Origin: a virus
Direction: 5' to 3' (one strand)
Virus record (IMG/VR): IMGVR_UViG_3300032053_000034
Span: 1 to 64,000 of that record
DNA: 64,000 bases
Part shown: one piece after another, positions 1 through 7,881 of the stretch
How the letters are laid out: every line of letters begins with the position of its first letter
Numbering within the stretch: position 1 is the stretch's first letter
Position numbers and translations under genes: made by a program
Notes under the pieces: model-generated
Seen by the model: the letters and a program-made list of their open reading frames with translations, nothing else
Told to the model about the DNA's origin: nothing
The model's database searches: none

Positions 1-255
1 AACAGCTTTACCATTAGTGAGCACCATACCATTAGCGGAAATAATACCATTTTTGATTTCTATTTTAGTAAGCTTTTTTGTCATAAGCTTAAGGGTGTCT
101 CCCTGCGCATACATGACAACATTCTTAGTCATGAATACGGTATCTTTTGTAAATGGTACAGGTTCTTTACCTTTTGCCATAGCAAAACTTGCTCCAATAA
201 TGATTAAAGATAAAATTGCGAATAATGCAAAGAATGATTTGCTGAAATTTTTCAT
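1..255 (-). CDS. Partial hypothetical secreted/membrane protein (runs off window start)
   Basis: Manual translation MKNFSKSFFALFAILSLIIIGASFAMAKGKEPVPF...; signal-peptide-like N-terminus; same strand as neighbours. Confidence 0.6.
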   Translation of the reverse strand, partial: MKNFSKSFFALFAILSLIIIGASFAMAKGKEPVPFTKDTVFMTKNVVMYAQGDTLKLMTKKLTKIEIKNGIISANGMVLTNGKAV

Positions 256-307
256 GATTGTGTTTTTTAAAGATTATCAAATTACTACATCAACCTAGAT
301 GCAGGCA

Positions 308-655
308 CTATACTTCTTCTTCACCGGGAACAAGAGTTTCTTTTTTATCTTCATTAAAGAGCGATTCTTGTAATCTCTTTTTTGATGAAAATGCTTTTGT
401 TTTGTTTATAGTTTCAAAACTTCCAATAGTATAATCAATGATTTTACTATCATGTGGAGCTACTTTCTCACCATAAATACCTCTACAAGAACCTTCATAG
501 GTAATGATTCCTGTAATTTTACCACTTGCAGGTTCATTATTTTTCATAAAATGAACTGTTTCACCTATGCCAAATGATTGCTTATTCTCCGTCATTTTTA
601 AAGTCTTTAAATGATAGTAATTTAATTTCTTTGATAATATTGTTCCAATAGCCAA
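308..655 (-). CDS. Hypothetical protein (true start probably the internal MTENKQ)
   Basis: ORF track; SH3-like 'FGIGETVHFM...GKITGII' pattern common in small phage proteins. Confidence 0.6.
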   Translation of the reverse strand: MAIGTILSKKLNYYHLKTLKMTENKQSFGIGETVHFMKNNEPASGKITGIITYEGSCRGIYGEKVAPHDSKIIDYTIGSFETINKTKAFSSKKRLQESLFNEDKKETLVPGEEEV

Positions 656-848
656 TTGTAGAGGCTAATAGGAATTGATCCCTGACTAAGTTACATGAGA
701 TAATTGCAGCTATTTTAGCGTTTTCAATCATTTCCTCTTTCTCATAGTCAGTATAAATAAAGTCAATAAGCTTAACAGCATTGTAATGTTGCATTACAAG
801 AGTTTTAGCTTCTGAGTTTATTCCGAAAGCCATATAATTATCTTTCAA
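582..848 (-). CDS. Hypothetical protein
   Basis: ORF track; tightly packed operon; 'AKIAAII...YWNNIIKEI' resembles small Bacteroidota phage proteins. Confidence 0.6.
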   Translation of the reverse strand: MKDNYMAFGINSEAKTLVMQHYNAVKLIDFIYTDYEKEEMIENAKIAAIISCNLVRDQFLLASTIGYWNNIIKEIKLLSFKDFKNDGE

Positions 849-1062
849 AATAACCAGTCATTACCCAAGAATGACCCATAAATGATGATGAGCCTTTTGC
901 ACTACAGTGTCCTGGTGTTGGCTTCATCATAAAGCCATTACAATTATATTCACTTGTTTGTGTGAATTTACCACAATCTGTGCATTGCCAATTAAAATAA
1001 CATGTGGCACTTGCTACAATAGATATTGCCAATAAGGCAATCATTACTAATACTTTTTTCAT
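838..1062 (-). CDS. Small secreted Cys/His-rich protein
   Basis: Signal peptide MKKVLVMIALLAISIVASA followed by CxxC, further Cys and a GHSW motif. Confidence 0.65.
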   Translation of the reverse strand: MKKVLVMIALLAISIVASATCYFNWQCTDCGKFTQTSEYNCNGFMMKPTPGHCSAKGSSSFMGHSWVMTGYFER

Positions 1063-1066
1063 TTTA

Positions 1067-2257
1067 TTATTTATTTAAAAGTTCCTCAACTGTAATTGCA
1101 ATAGATATTGGCAAGCGATACCTTCTTTTGTCACCATCAGACTCTTTGTAAACTGAGTTAGAATGAAATTCTCGGATAAGGTTCTTTAAAAGAGTAATGA
1201 GCTGGTCTTTTTCAACAACTACTGCACTTAACTCCTCAATTTTATCAGATAATTCATATTCTTGAGGTGTCAATAGTGTTCCAGGCTCACCTATTGATTG
1301 AAATGTTTGCTCTTGAACTGCATTAAAATATTCCTGCATTTCTCTTTGTTCATCAGGATCATTAATAAAGCGAACACCCATTTGAGTAACAAATTGCGCC
1401 CATCTTTCAGGGTCTAGACGTTGATATTCTGGTCTGTTTTCTATTTGCTCAAATAATCCATTACTCCTATTAAGCGGTCTTTCAATTTCATTTGCTAAAC
1501 TTTCATGAAATTGTCCCCCTGCCTCTTCAGGTGCAAGTGGTGCTTGATGCAATCTAGATAGTCTTGCAATTTCTACTAATCTATTTCTTTCTCTTTCTAT
1601 TTGTCCAGCCATAGACATAGTGCCTCTTACAGAATGTATATTTGTTAGTCTGGCTCTTCTTTGTTCATCAGATTCTGTTATTCTTGAATCATCTTCAGTT
1701 ACTCGTGGATAGCTAGATAATGGAGGAGCAATAAAACCAGTTGATATTACTCTTCTTAATGATTCTTGCATATACCTAGAATTAAGAGTTGTCTCTTGTA
1801 AAGATGATGCAGTGTTTTGATTAATCATTATTTCTGCATTTACAAGATCTGTTATTTCTTGTGGTGATGGTTCGGGTATGTTTTGAGTTCTTAGTTGATT
1901 TTGATAAACTCTAACATGTGCATTTAGGCGTTGTATTTCAGTAGTAAGATGACTGCTTTCGGAAACAATGGCTGCTTGTGTATTTCTTATTTCTTGAATT
2001 TCTATTTCTAACCTATCTCTTGTATTATTAATACTTCTTATTTCTACATCAGCGTTACCAAGTAGTGCAAGCCCAATATTTACACTTTCTTGCTCGTTAA
2101 TATACTGTCTATGATACATATCCCCTCTTCTTTGAGATACTTCTAAAGACAATCTAAGAATATTGATTTCACTTATTAACTTCCTAATCCTAGGTATATA
2201 ATAAAACAATATTAAGCATGTTGCTAATCCATAGGCTATACTCAAAAATGTACTCAT
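1067..2257 (-). CDS. Membrane-anchored coiled-coil protein with a long lysine-free region
   Basis: N-terminal hydrophobic helix, R/E/Q-rich helical body, no Lys between residues 26 and 339. Confidence 0.75.
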   Translation of the reverse strand: MSTFLSIAYGLATCLILFYYIPRIRKLISEINILRLSLEVSQRRGDMYHRQYINEQESVNIGLALLGNADVEIRSINNTRDRLEIEIQEIRNTQAAIVSESSHLTTEIQRLNAHVRVYQNQLRTQNIPEPSPQEITDLVNAEIMINQNTASSLQETTLNSRYMQESLRRVISTGFIAPPLSSYPRVTEDDSRITESDEQRRARLTNIHSVRGTMSMAGQIERERNRLVEIARLSRLHQAPLAPEEAGGQFHESLANEIERPLNRSNGLFEQIENRPEYQRLDPERWAQFVTQMGVRFINDPDEQREMQEYFNAVQEQTFQSIGEPGTLLTPQEYELSDKIEELSAVVVEKDQLITLLKNLIREFHSNSVYKESDGDKRRYRLPISIAITVEELLNK

Positions 2258-2277
2258 TTCAAATTTGCTTAGAAGTT

Positions 2278-2302
2278 ATGGGTGAGTAATATACCCACCC
2301 AT
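2278..2302 (-). terminator. Intergenic hairpin (possible weak terminator or processing site)
   Basis: Inverted repeat ATGGGTGAGTA/TACCCACCCAT, fully paired on the minus strand with one G-U; weak U tail. Confidence 0.4.
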
Positions 2303-2308
2303 TAATAA

Positions 2309-2791
2309 CTAAAGCCTACCAGTAACATTAAGCATATCTTTTGTGTACTGATATACTGTTTCTTTCTTTGGCCTTGGCTTCTTATTTATCTTGTTCTTGA
2401 TGAAATTAAATGGATTAACATTGCATTTAAGATTTTCTTTATCATCAAGTACATTGTATGTGTATCCAAATCCTTTTTGCTTTCTATCAAACATATACTT
2501 CTTGCCTGATATTTCCAAGTAAAAGAAATCTTCAATCATGCTTGCCTCAAAATAAACTATCACATCTTGAAGTGTACCAAATGTTTTGTATTGTGTTGTT
2601 TTGAGTCCGTCAATATCAATTGTAATGATATTAACACTAACACGCGAATTGGTATCTTTAAATGTTACTTCAAATACTTGTGTACATTCATTCTCTGTTT
2701 CTTCAATGAGTTTAAATGTATTTGGTGATGCATTAGACATTAAGCAAGCACACATTAATGCTATGAATGATAAAATAACCAGATTTCTCAT
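2309..2791 (-). CDS. Hypothetical secreted protein
   Basis: Signal-peptide-like N-terminus MRNLVILSFIALMCACLMSNA. Confidence 0.65.
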   Translation of the reverse strand: MRNLVILSFIALMCACLMSNASPNTFKLIEETENECTQVFEVTFKDTNSRVSVNIITIDIDGLKTTQYKTFGTLQDVIVYFEASMIEDFFYLEISGKKYMFDRKQKGFGYTYNVLDDKENLKCNVNPFNFIKNKINKKPRPKKETVYQYTKDMLNVTGRL

Positions 2792-2802
2792 GACTTTAAG
2801 GA

Positions 2803-2934
2803 TTAAGGGATTTTAATAAAATATTTCTTTTCTTCAGAGTTTAACAATGAGTATTTAGTTTCATTAATCTCATCATTAATTCTTATTTGATCTCTCAGCG
2901 AGTGAGAATAGAATGTTTTAACACATTTGTACAT
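2803..2934 (-). CDS. Small hypothetical protein, paralog of 2918-3103
   Basis: MYKCVKTFYSHSLRDQIRINDEINETKYSLLNSEEKKYF aligns with the upstream ORF; start reassigned from 3045. Confidence 0.6.
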   Translation of the reverse strand: MYKCVKTFYSHSLRDQIRINDEINETKYSLLNSEEKKYFIKIP

Positions 2935-3103
2935 TTGCATATAATGGAGTGTTAATGATCTTATAGTCTTGTAATGTGAATAGAGTAAAATACTCTTTTT
3001 CTCTTGTTGATAATTGTGAGTATTTCTTTTTATCAATAAACTCACCTGCTCTTACCTCATCATTTAATGATGGAAAGAATGCCCTTTTAATGCATTTATA
3101 CAT
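2918..3103 (-). CDS. Small hypothetical protein, paralog of 2803-2934
   Basis: MYKCIKRAFFPSLNDEVRAGEFIDKKKYSQLSTREKEYF. Confidence 0.6.
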   Translation of the reverse strand: MYKCIKRAFFPSLNDEVRAGEFIDKKKYSQLSTREKEYFTLFTLQDYKIINTPLYANVQMC

Positions 3104-3105
3104 AA

Positions 3106-3291
3106 TTATTTAGTTTTGTTAAATAGATCAGAAATAGCATAAACCCATAAAGCAATAGCTATTAATGGCCATAAGAGCGCGCTTGTTAAATGATATACAA
3201 ATGAGATTTTGTATTTATTTCTGAGTGTCTCATTAGATATAAATACAAATGGCATTGCCAATATGTATAGTATTATGATTAGTAGTATCAT
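3106..3291 (-). CDS. Small membrane protein (2 TM)
   Basis: Two hydrophobic segments, LLWP motif. Confidence 0.6.
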   Translation of the reverse strand: MILLIIILYILAMPFVFISNETLRNKYKISFVYHLTSALLWPLIAIALWVYAISDLFNKTK

Positions 3292-3462
3292 TTAATTTTC
3301 TTTAATGTAGCTTAAAAAACCAAAGAAAATACCAAGAATTACAGTAAATGCAATGCCTGAATATATCTTATTAATTGTCATTAACCATAAGCACAGCCAA
3401 ATTGACAACATGAGTACAGACATAAACAATATGCCTATAAGTATATGTCTAAATAGTTCCAT
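3292..3462 (-). CDS. Small membrane protein (56 aa, 2 TM)
   Basis: Manual translation MELFRHILIGILFMSVLMLSIWLCLWLM...; abuts the flanking ORFs. Confidence 0.55.
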   Translation of the reverse strand: MELFRHILIGILFMSVLMLSIWLCLWLMTINKIYSGIAFTVILGIFFGFLSYIKEN

Positions 3463-3545
3463 TAGTCTCTAAGTAATTGAGCTTGAGTAATAAGTTCTTG
3501 TTCTTGCTCATATTGAGCAATGAGTAATTGTTCTTGTTCAGTCAT
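3462..3545 (-). CDS. 27-aa Q/E-rich micropeptide
   Basis: Manual translation MTEQEQLLIAQYEQEQELITQAQLLRD; TAATG coupling to the next gene. Confidence 0.45.
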   Translation of the reverse strand: MTEQEQLLIAQYEQEQELITQAQLLRD

Positions 3546-3547
3546 GG

Positions 3548-3748
3548 TTATCTAAAGTTATGAATGTATGTTAGTACAGTAATGGTATCATCTAAAAAGC
3601 TTAATGGCTTATTAGTCGCGTTAAGTAAAACTGAGTTTACCATGTGTGAAATGTCTTCTTTGGTCATTAAGTTTAGCTGATTAAGCATAAACTTAGATGG
3701 ACAGTTTAGCCTTACAGCTGCTTGCTCTGCTTTAATTAGTTCTTTCAT
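3548..3748 (-). CDS. Hypothetical protein
   Basis: ORF track; A-rich initiation context. Confidence 0.55.
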   Translation of the reverse strand: MKELIKAEQAAVRLNCPSKFMLNQLNLMTKEDISHMVNSVLLNATNKPLSFLDDTITVLTYIHNFR

Positions 3749-3750
3749 GA

Positions 3751-3855
3751 TTAATTATTTATTATTATCATGATACAAAACCAGAAACTAAATGCAAGCA
3801 CAGATAATAACATAACAGTCATTATTGTGAATTGAAAATTTTTAAATATTTTCAT
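3751..3855 (-). CDS. 34-aa single-TM micropeptide
   Basis: Manual translation MKIFKNFQFTIMTVMLLSVLAFSFWFCIMIIINN. Confidence 0.4.
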   Translation of the reverse strand: MKIFKNFQFTIMTVMLLSVLAFSFWFCIMIIINN

Positions 3856-3913
3856 AGTGTATTATTAGTGAATGAATATTAAGACTTGTTATTAATCAAC
3901 AGACTATAAGCAG

Positions 3914-3944
3914 AAAAAAGAATACACCATTATAGGTGTATTCT
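3914..3944 (-). terminator. Intrinsic terminator
   Basis: Perfect 10-bp stem AGAATACACC/GGTGTATTCT with a U-run on the minus strand. Confidence 0.65.
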
Positions 3945-4076
3945 AATTAGTATAGATGCAATAACATAAACACAGCAAAACGCAAATGTTAAAATAAATA
4001 CAGTATCAAAGGTATTAGTCTTGTCTTTCATAGTCGTGTACTATTATAATGTTAATATTTGATTTATTAGTGCTTG

Positions 4077-4121
4077 TAAAATGGTTAGAATATAGTCGAG
4101 TTTTGACTGCATTCTAACCAT
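4077..4121 (-). terminator. Long hairpin/terminator after the first early gene
   Basis: 11-bp perfect outer stem ATGGTTAGAAT/ATTCTAACCAT plus imperfect inner stem, just after the stop of 4130-4402. Confidence 0.55.
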
Positions 4122-4129
4122 CTAAATAT

Positions 4130-4402
4130 TTACTCTTTAATCCATTTTACACCGCCTGTTTTAGGTTGTGTAAATTCTAAAGATAGCACTGAATCAATGT
4201 ACTCGGCTTTTTCTTCTTCTGTCTTTAGTGTATCAAACTCCCTTTGTAAATTCAATGAGCTTGTACTCATGAACTCATCTTGTATTCCTTTTGGTAAGTC
4301 TTTCCCAGCTAATTTTACCACACCTTCACATACATAATGTCTGATTGATGCCTCTCTAGTCTCTGTTTTTGGTTGAATTTTAGAAATAATAACAAGTCCC
4401 AT
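4130..4402 (-). CDS. First gene of the leftward (early) unit, hypothetical
   Basis: ORF track; long A-rich leader; flanked by G-rich motif and hairpin. Confidence 0.7.
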   Translation of the reverse strand: MGLVIISKIQPKTETREASIRHYVCEGVVKLAGKDLPKGIQDEFMSTSSLNLQREFDTLKTEEEKAEYIDSVLSLEFTQPKTGGVKWIKE

Positions 4403-4440
4403 GATTTTAGATTTTAAAGTTTAGTTTTGAAATATAACAA

Positions 4441-4790
4441 ACACAGGGGGTGCAGGCAACGGGGTACTTCCTATCCAAGAAAATAAATATTTTTTATAAA
4501 TTTTTTTAGTCAATCTAGCTGCTGTGCTTTTTAAAGATCCCCACTCAGCTCTTCACCAGTGCATTAAATTGACTAGGGGGCTATGATGACATGAGTTTGA
4601 TAAAAGAGGGTTGTAGGGGGTTCTTTTTAGAGTGAGAGATAAGCTAAAAAGAAGAAAAAAGGAGTATAGAATAGAACAACTTGTAAGTAACTGAGTATCA
4701 GTACCAAGTTTTTCATTTTTTATGAGTAAGGTACACTCTGGGGGTGAGTAAGGAAATGGTTAAAACTATTCACAATATTTATGAGTATAA
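4441..4790. promoter_or_regulatory. Divergent non-coding control region with G-tracts and TGAGTA repeats (origin, packaging or promoter candidate)
   Basis: G5 runs at 4446, 4576, 4616, 4740 and G4 at 4461; TGAGTA at 4692, 4723, 4745, 4782; strand switch of coding. Confidence 0.5.
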
Positions 4791-4793
4791 TAC

Positions 4794-4823
4794 TTTGAAT
4801 TAGAATTTAATTCACTATATTTG
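4794..4823 (+). promoter_or_regulatory. Bacteroidota primary-sigma promoter (-33 TTTG / -7 TAnnTTTG)
   Basis: TTTG 4794-4797, 18-nt spacer, TATATTTG 4816-4823, 19 nt upstream of ATG 4843. Confidence 0.65.
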
Positions 4824-4842
4824 TGAGGTAATCAATAAGAAA

Positions 4843-5310
4843 ATGAATTATAAAAAGAAGAAGTTTTCTGAATTGGGGCCACAATTTATTATTGTTTACT
4901 TGGAGAAGGTATCGGATATATCAAAGAAGTTAAATCCAACTGAGATAGAACTTCTTACCTGGATGTGGAAAGATTGTGTTACCCAAGGAGAAGAGCATCA
5001 CAATGTTGTTTATGCTCTTGCTCACAATAAGAATAAGTGGGCTGCAAGTATAGAGACTAAGGTTGGGGTAATTGAGAATGCAATAACATCACTTGTCTCT
5101 AATGGGTTTATTAAAAGGATTGGCAGAGGGGTTTATATTCTTAATCCGGAGTATTTCTATAAAGGCTCAAAGAATGGTAGATTTTCTTCTTTTGCTGATT
5201 ACAATAAACACATAACTGAAGAAGAGGTTGTTGTAGATGGTAAGACTAATCCACTATTAAGATCACCAGTTGATGAAGAAGCCAGAGAAAACAAAGCAGG
5301 AACTTATTAA
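4843..5310 (+). CDS. RepL-like winged-helix DNA-binding/replication protein
   Basis: C-terminal 'AITSLVSNGFIKRIGRGVYILNPEYFYKGS' typical of RepL-family wHTH proteins, which occur in crAss-like phages. Confidence 0.7.
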   Translation: MNYKKKKFSELGPQFIIVYLEKVSDISKKLNPTEIELLTWMWKDCVTQGEEHHNVVYALAHNKNKWAASIETKVGVIENAITSLVSNGFIKRIGRGVYILNPEYFYKGSKNGRFSSFADYNKHITEEEVVVDGKTNPLLRSPVDEEARENKAGTY

Positions 5311-5392
5311 TGAAGGGATAGCAAAGAGGATAGAAGAGTTTAATAGTCGGCCTAAACAAAAGAAAAGTGGTACTGTACGTGGTAGTGGTTAG
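5273..5392 (+). CDS. 39-aa basic peptide
   Basis: Manual translation MKKPEKTKQELINEGIAKRIEEFNSRPKQKKSGTVRGSG; fills the gap after RepL. Confidence 0.35.
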   Translation: MKKPEKTKQELINEGIAKRIEEFNSRPKQKKSGTVRGSG

Positions 5393-5702
5393 GATAATAT
5401 TACACTTGATTTATGTGGTTAGTAAACAGGCTATAAGAATCAAGAACAAAGATATTAATAAAGAATATCTTGATGATTTAATAAACACGGACAGTGGATT
5501 AAAAATAATCAGATATATAGAGAATGATATATTTGAGTTTTATTTTAAAAAGAACAACAGGGACTATTATATATTTTATTCTTTCACAGACAAGAGAATG
5601 ATGATATATGAAAATGATGGGGAATCAAATAACCCTGTTTTCAATGGAATTGTTGATAGTATTTATGAAGCAAAAGTAGTATTTAAACAAGTAGGTATAT
5701 AA
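5367..5702 (+). CDS. Hypothetical protein (start possibly GTG 5415)
   Basis: ORF track; C-terminal 'VFNGIVDSIYEAKVVFKQVGI' phage-like motif. Confidence 0.6.
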   Translation: MVLYVVVVRIILHLIYVVSKQAIRIKNKDINKEYLDDLINTDSGLKIIRYIENDIFEFYFKKNNRDYYIFYSFTDKRMMIYENDGESNNPVFNGIVDSIYEAKVVFKQVGI

Positions 5703-5704
5703 TC

Positions 5705-6136
5705 ATGGCAGACAATAATCAAATTAAGAAGTCAATAATGGCAATGCCAACAAAAACTTCTCAGTCACCAATAGGTAAGTTTGCATCTAAGTTATTCTTC
5801 TCAAGAATACAGGCGCATGTGTTTCACCTATCTGTAAAGGGAGAAGGAGGCTTTGCAAAGCATAAGGCTCTTGAGGAATATTATGAAGCAGTACTTCAGC
5901 ATGTTGATGTTCTAATTGAGGCTCATCAAGGAACAAATCCAATTGTTACTGATTATTCAATGAATGAAAAATTAGTAACAGATACAAATGAAATCACTCC
6001 TTACTTTGAACATCTACTTGTTTTTGTTAAGGAAGCTAGAACAGAAGTCTCTTCTGATTCTGATCAACAAAATATTATTGACAATATTGCTACTCTTATA
6101 AGAGTGACTCTTTATAAACTAAACAAGCTAAAATAA
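5705..6136 (+). CDS. Ferritin/Dps-like four-helix protein (DUF5856-like)
   Basis: QAHVFH...HKALEEYYE...DVLIEAHQG...NIIDNI...TLYKL motif set. Confidence 0.75.
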   Translation: MADNNQIKKSIMAMPTKTSQSPIGKFASKLFFSRIQAHVFHLSVKGEGGFAKHKALEEYYEAVLQHVDVLIEAHQGTNPIVTDYSMNEKLVTDTNEITPYFEHLLVFVKEARTEVSSDSDQQNIIDNIATLIRVTLYKLNKLK

Positions 6137-6885
6137 TGAGACCAGTATTTACGGAAGAAGATCATAAATATACTTGTCCACAAACAAGACTGGTATATGT
6201 ATCAACAACAACACTTCTTGGTCAGTATAAGCCGCAGAAGGATTGGAATTTAATAGCAGAAAAATATGCAAAGAAAAATGGGCAAACCAAAGAGTACTGG
6301 ATTGCTGAGTGGAAAAAAACAACAGTGGAAGCCTGCGAAAAGGGCAGTGACTATCATGCTAGAAAAGAACTTGAAGATCTTAATACAGAAGTACATCAAG
6401 TAAATGGAAGACTTCTTTCTTTGGGTGCTAACACTGATGGTGTTCAGGATTTATATTCCCTTCCTGATGGAGTTTATGTGGAGATGTTACTGTGGAATGA
6501 CCACTTTAAAATCGCTGGTAAAGCGGATAAGGTCATTATTGAAACAGTAAATGGCGTTAGATATATTGAAATCTTAGATTACAAAACAAGTAAAGAAATC
6601 GTAGATTACAACTATATTAGATATGATGGACTTAGAGTTACTTCTGAAAAACTATTAGCACCACTTGACAATGTGACTGATTGTAACTATAATGTGTATC
6701 AGTTACAGTTAAACGTATATGCATGGATGCTTATTCAATTTGGATTTGTACTAAGAGGTGGATGTATAATTCATGTGAAAGATGTAACAGATTCAAGCAA
6801 AGATGAGTTTCATCCTTTATTGAATATGCAAAGAGAAGTGGATGCTCTTATGGTTGATAGGCATAGAAAATTAAGATTAAACTAA
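6136..6885 (+). CDS. PD-(D/E)XK Cas4-like exonuclease
   Basis: SxTT...G-x-xH...IAGKAD...ILDYKT...YQLQLNVY. Confidence 0.85.
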   Translation: MRPVFTEEDHKYTCPQTRLVYVSTTTLLGQYKPQKDWNLIAEKYAKKNGQTKEYWIAEWKKTTVEACEKGSDYHARKELEDLNTEVHQVNGRLLSLGANTDGVQDLYSLPDGVYVEMLLWNDHFKIAGKADKVIIETVNGVRYIEILDYKTSKEIVDYNYIRYDGLRVTSEKLLAPLDNVTDCNYNVYQLQLNVYAWMLIQFGFVLRGGCIIHVKDVTDSSKDEFHPLLNMQREVDALMVDRHRKLRLN

Positions 6886-6893
6886 ATAAGCAA

Positions 6894-7358
6894 ATGAAAA
6901 AGTACCTAACAATTGTCACAGCAGTATTCGCTGTTCAGTTTCTAAACACAGAAGAATCTTTAGCAAGTGCTAAAGAACTTCTTGGTGATGAATATTCTAC
7001 AACCGTTTCTCTTGTTCAAGAATCCCCAATCCTATTATTCAACAAGGATAAGTTTGAGCAGTGTCCAGAAAATTCTTGGCTTGTAAAGGCCGATACAGGA
7101 TTAATTCTTGTATATTCAGATGATGAATTTCATCTTAACTTCAATGAGGATACTGCTTATGTTCCAACAGAAGAGGGATCTACAGTAGAAATGTCAAAAT
7201 CTACTGCAGAAGAAATTGTTACTAAAATGGAAGGTGGTACTAAAGAAGAAGCTCCAGTAGCTGGAACTCCAGACCAACCTAGTCCTGAGTTTGTTAAGCC
7301 TGAAGAAACAGAAATTCCTTCTACTCCTGAAGATCCAATTACTCCAGTAGTGGAATAA
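6894..7358 (+). CDS. PGDYG-like domain protein with acidic P/E-rich tail
   Basis: KKY...AVQF...NSWLVK..G....S..EF...F resembles the 'KKPVVIEAVQF...GDWIIKG' phage family. Confidence 0.55.
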   Translation: MKKYLTIVTAVFAVQFLNTEESLASAKELLGDEYSTTVSLVQESPILLFNKDKFEQCPENSWLVKADTGLILVYSDDEFHLNFNEDTAYVPTEEGSTVEMSKSTAEEIVTKMEGGTKEEAPVAGTPDQPSPEFVKPEETEIPSTPEDPITPVVE

Positions 7359-7400
7359 TTTTTAAGTGGTTAAATAGTTAAATTCTTAATAGTTAAAGTT

Positions 7401-7880
7401 ATGTCAGAATTAAAGGAAGGAGTTGAGCGCTCCAAAGAAGGTTACAAGAAAGATGAAGAAGAGTTCTTGGGATCTATAAAAAAGATGGATGATGAATGGG
7501 CTAAAATTGGTGAATTACCAGACCGAAGTGAATCTGTTAATTTCCATGCTAATTCAGAACCTAGTGAATTTTTGCCAGAAAAAGAGGATGAAATTAATTT
7601 AATTTCAAATACAGATCCAGAAGATTTTGGCATTGAATCTCCAGAACATCAAGAATTATGGATGCCAGAAGACTTTGACTTCCAGCCAGCATCCTCAGCA
7701 AGATTCTTCTTTGAAAAGAGAAACTTTGAACTTGTTCCAAAGCAACATAATTATTGGTTGTGCAGGAAGAAAATTAGAAATGCAAAAGGCAATACTGAAT
7801 ACCTGGTTAAATTCTTTGTCAAGATTTTACCAACAGATATTGAGTTTGCGAGAATAATGTTAACCAAAGCATTAGAGTAG
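7401..7880 (+). CDS. Hypothetical protein (acidic N-terminus, basic C-terminus)
   Basis: ORF track. Confidence 0.65.
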   Translation: MSELKEGVERSKEGYKKDEEEFLGSIKKMDDEWAKIGELPDRSESVNFHANSEPSEFLPEKEDEINLISNTDPEDFGIESPEHQELWMPEDFDFQPASSARFFFEKRNFELVPKQHNYWLCRKKIRNAKGNTEYLVKFFVKILPTDIEFARIMLTKALE

Positions 7881-7881
7881 T

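Noticed and set aside
17-298. Plus-strand 93-aa ORF
   Set aside because: Antisense shadow of the minus-strand signal-peptide gene at 1-255
3856-4842. tRNA or structured ncRNA in intergenic gaps
   Set aside because: Only simple hairpins; no cloverleaf or T-loop consensus was seen
5310-5366. ATG at 5310 in frame with ORF 5367 through two TAGs, suggesting readthrough
   Set aside because: A different frame (5273-5392) gives a clean small ORF, and there is no other evidence of TAG recoding
6136-6885. CRISPR-Cas locus implied by the Cas4-like gene
   Set aside because: No repeat-spacer array or other cas genes; solo phage nuclease
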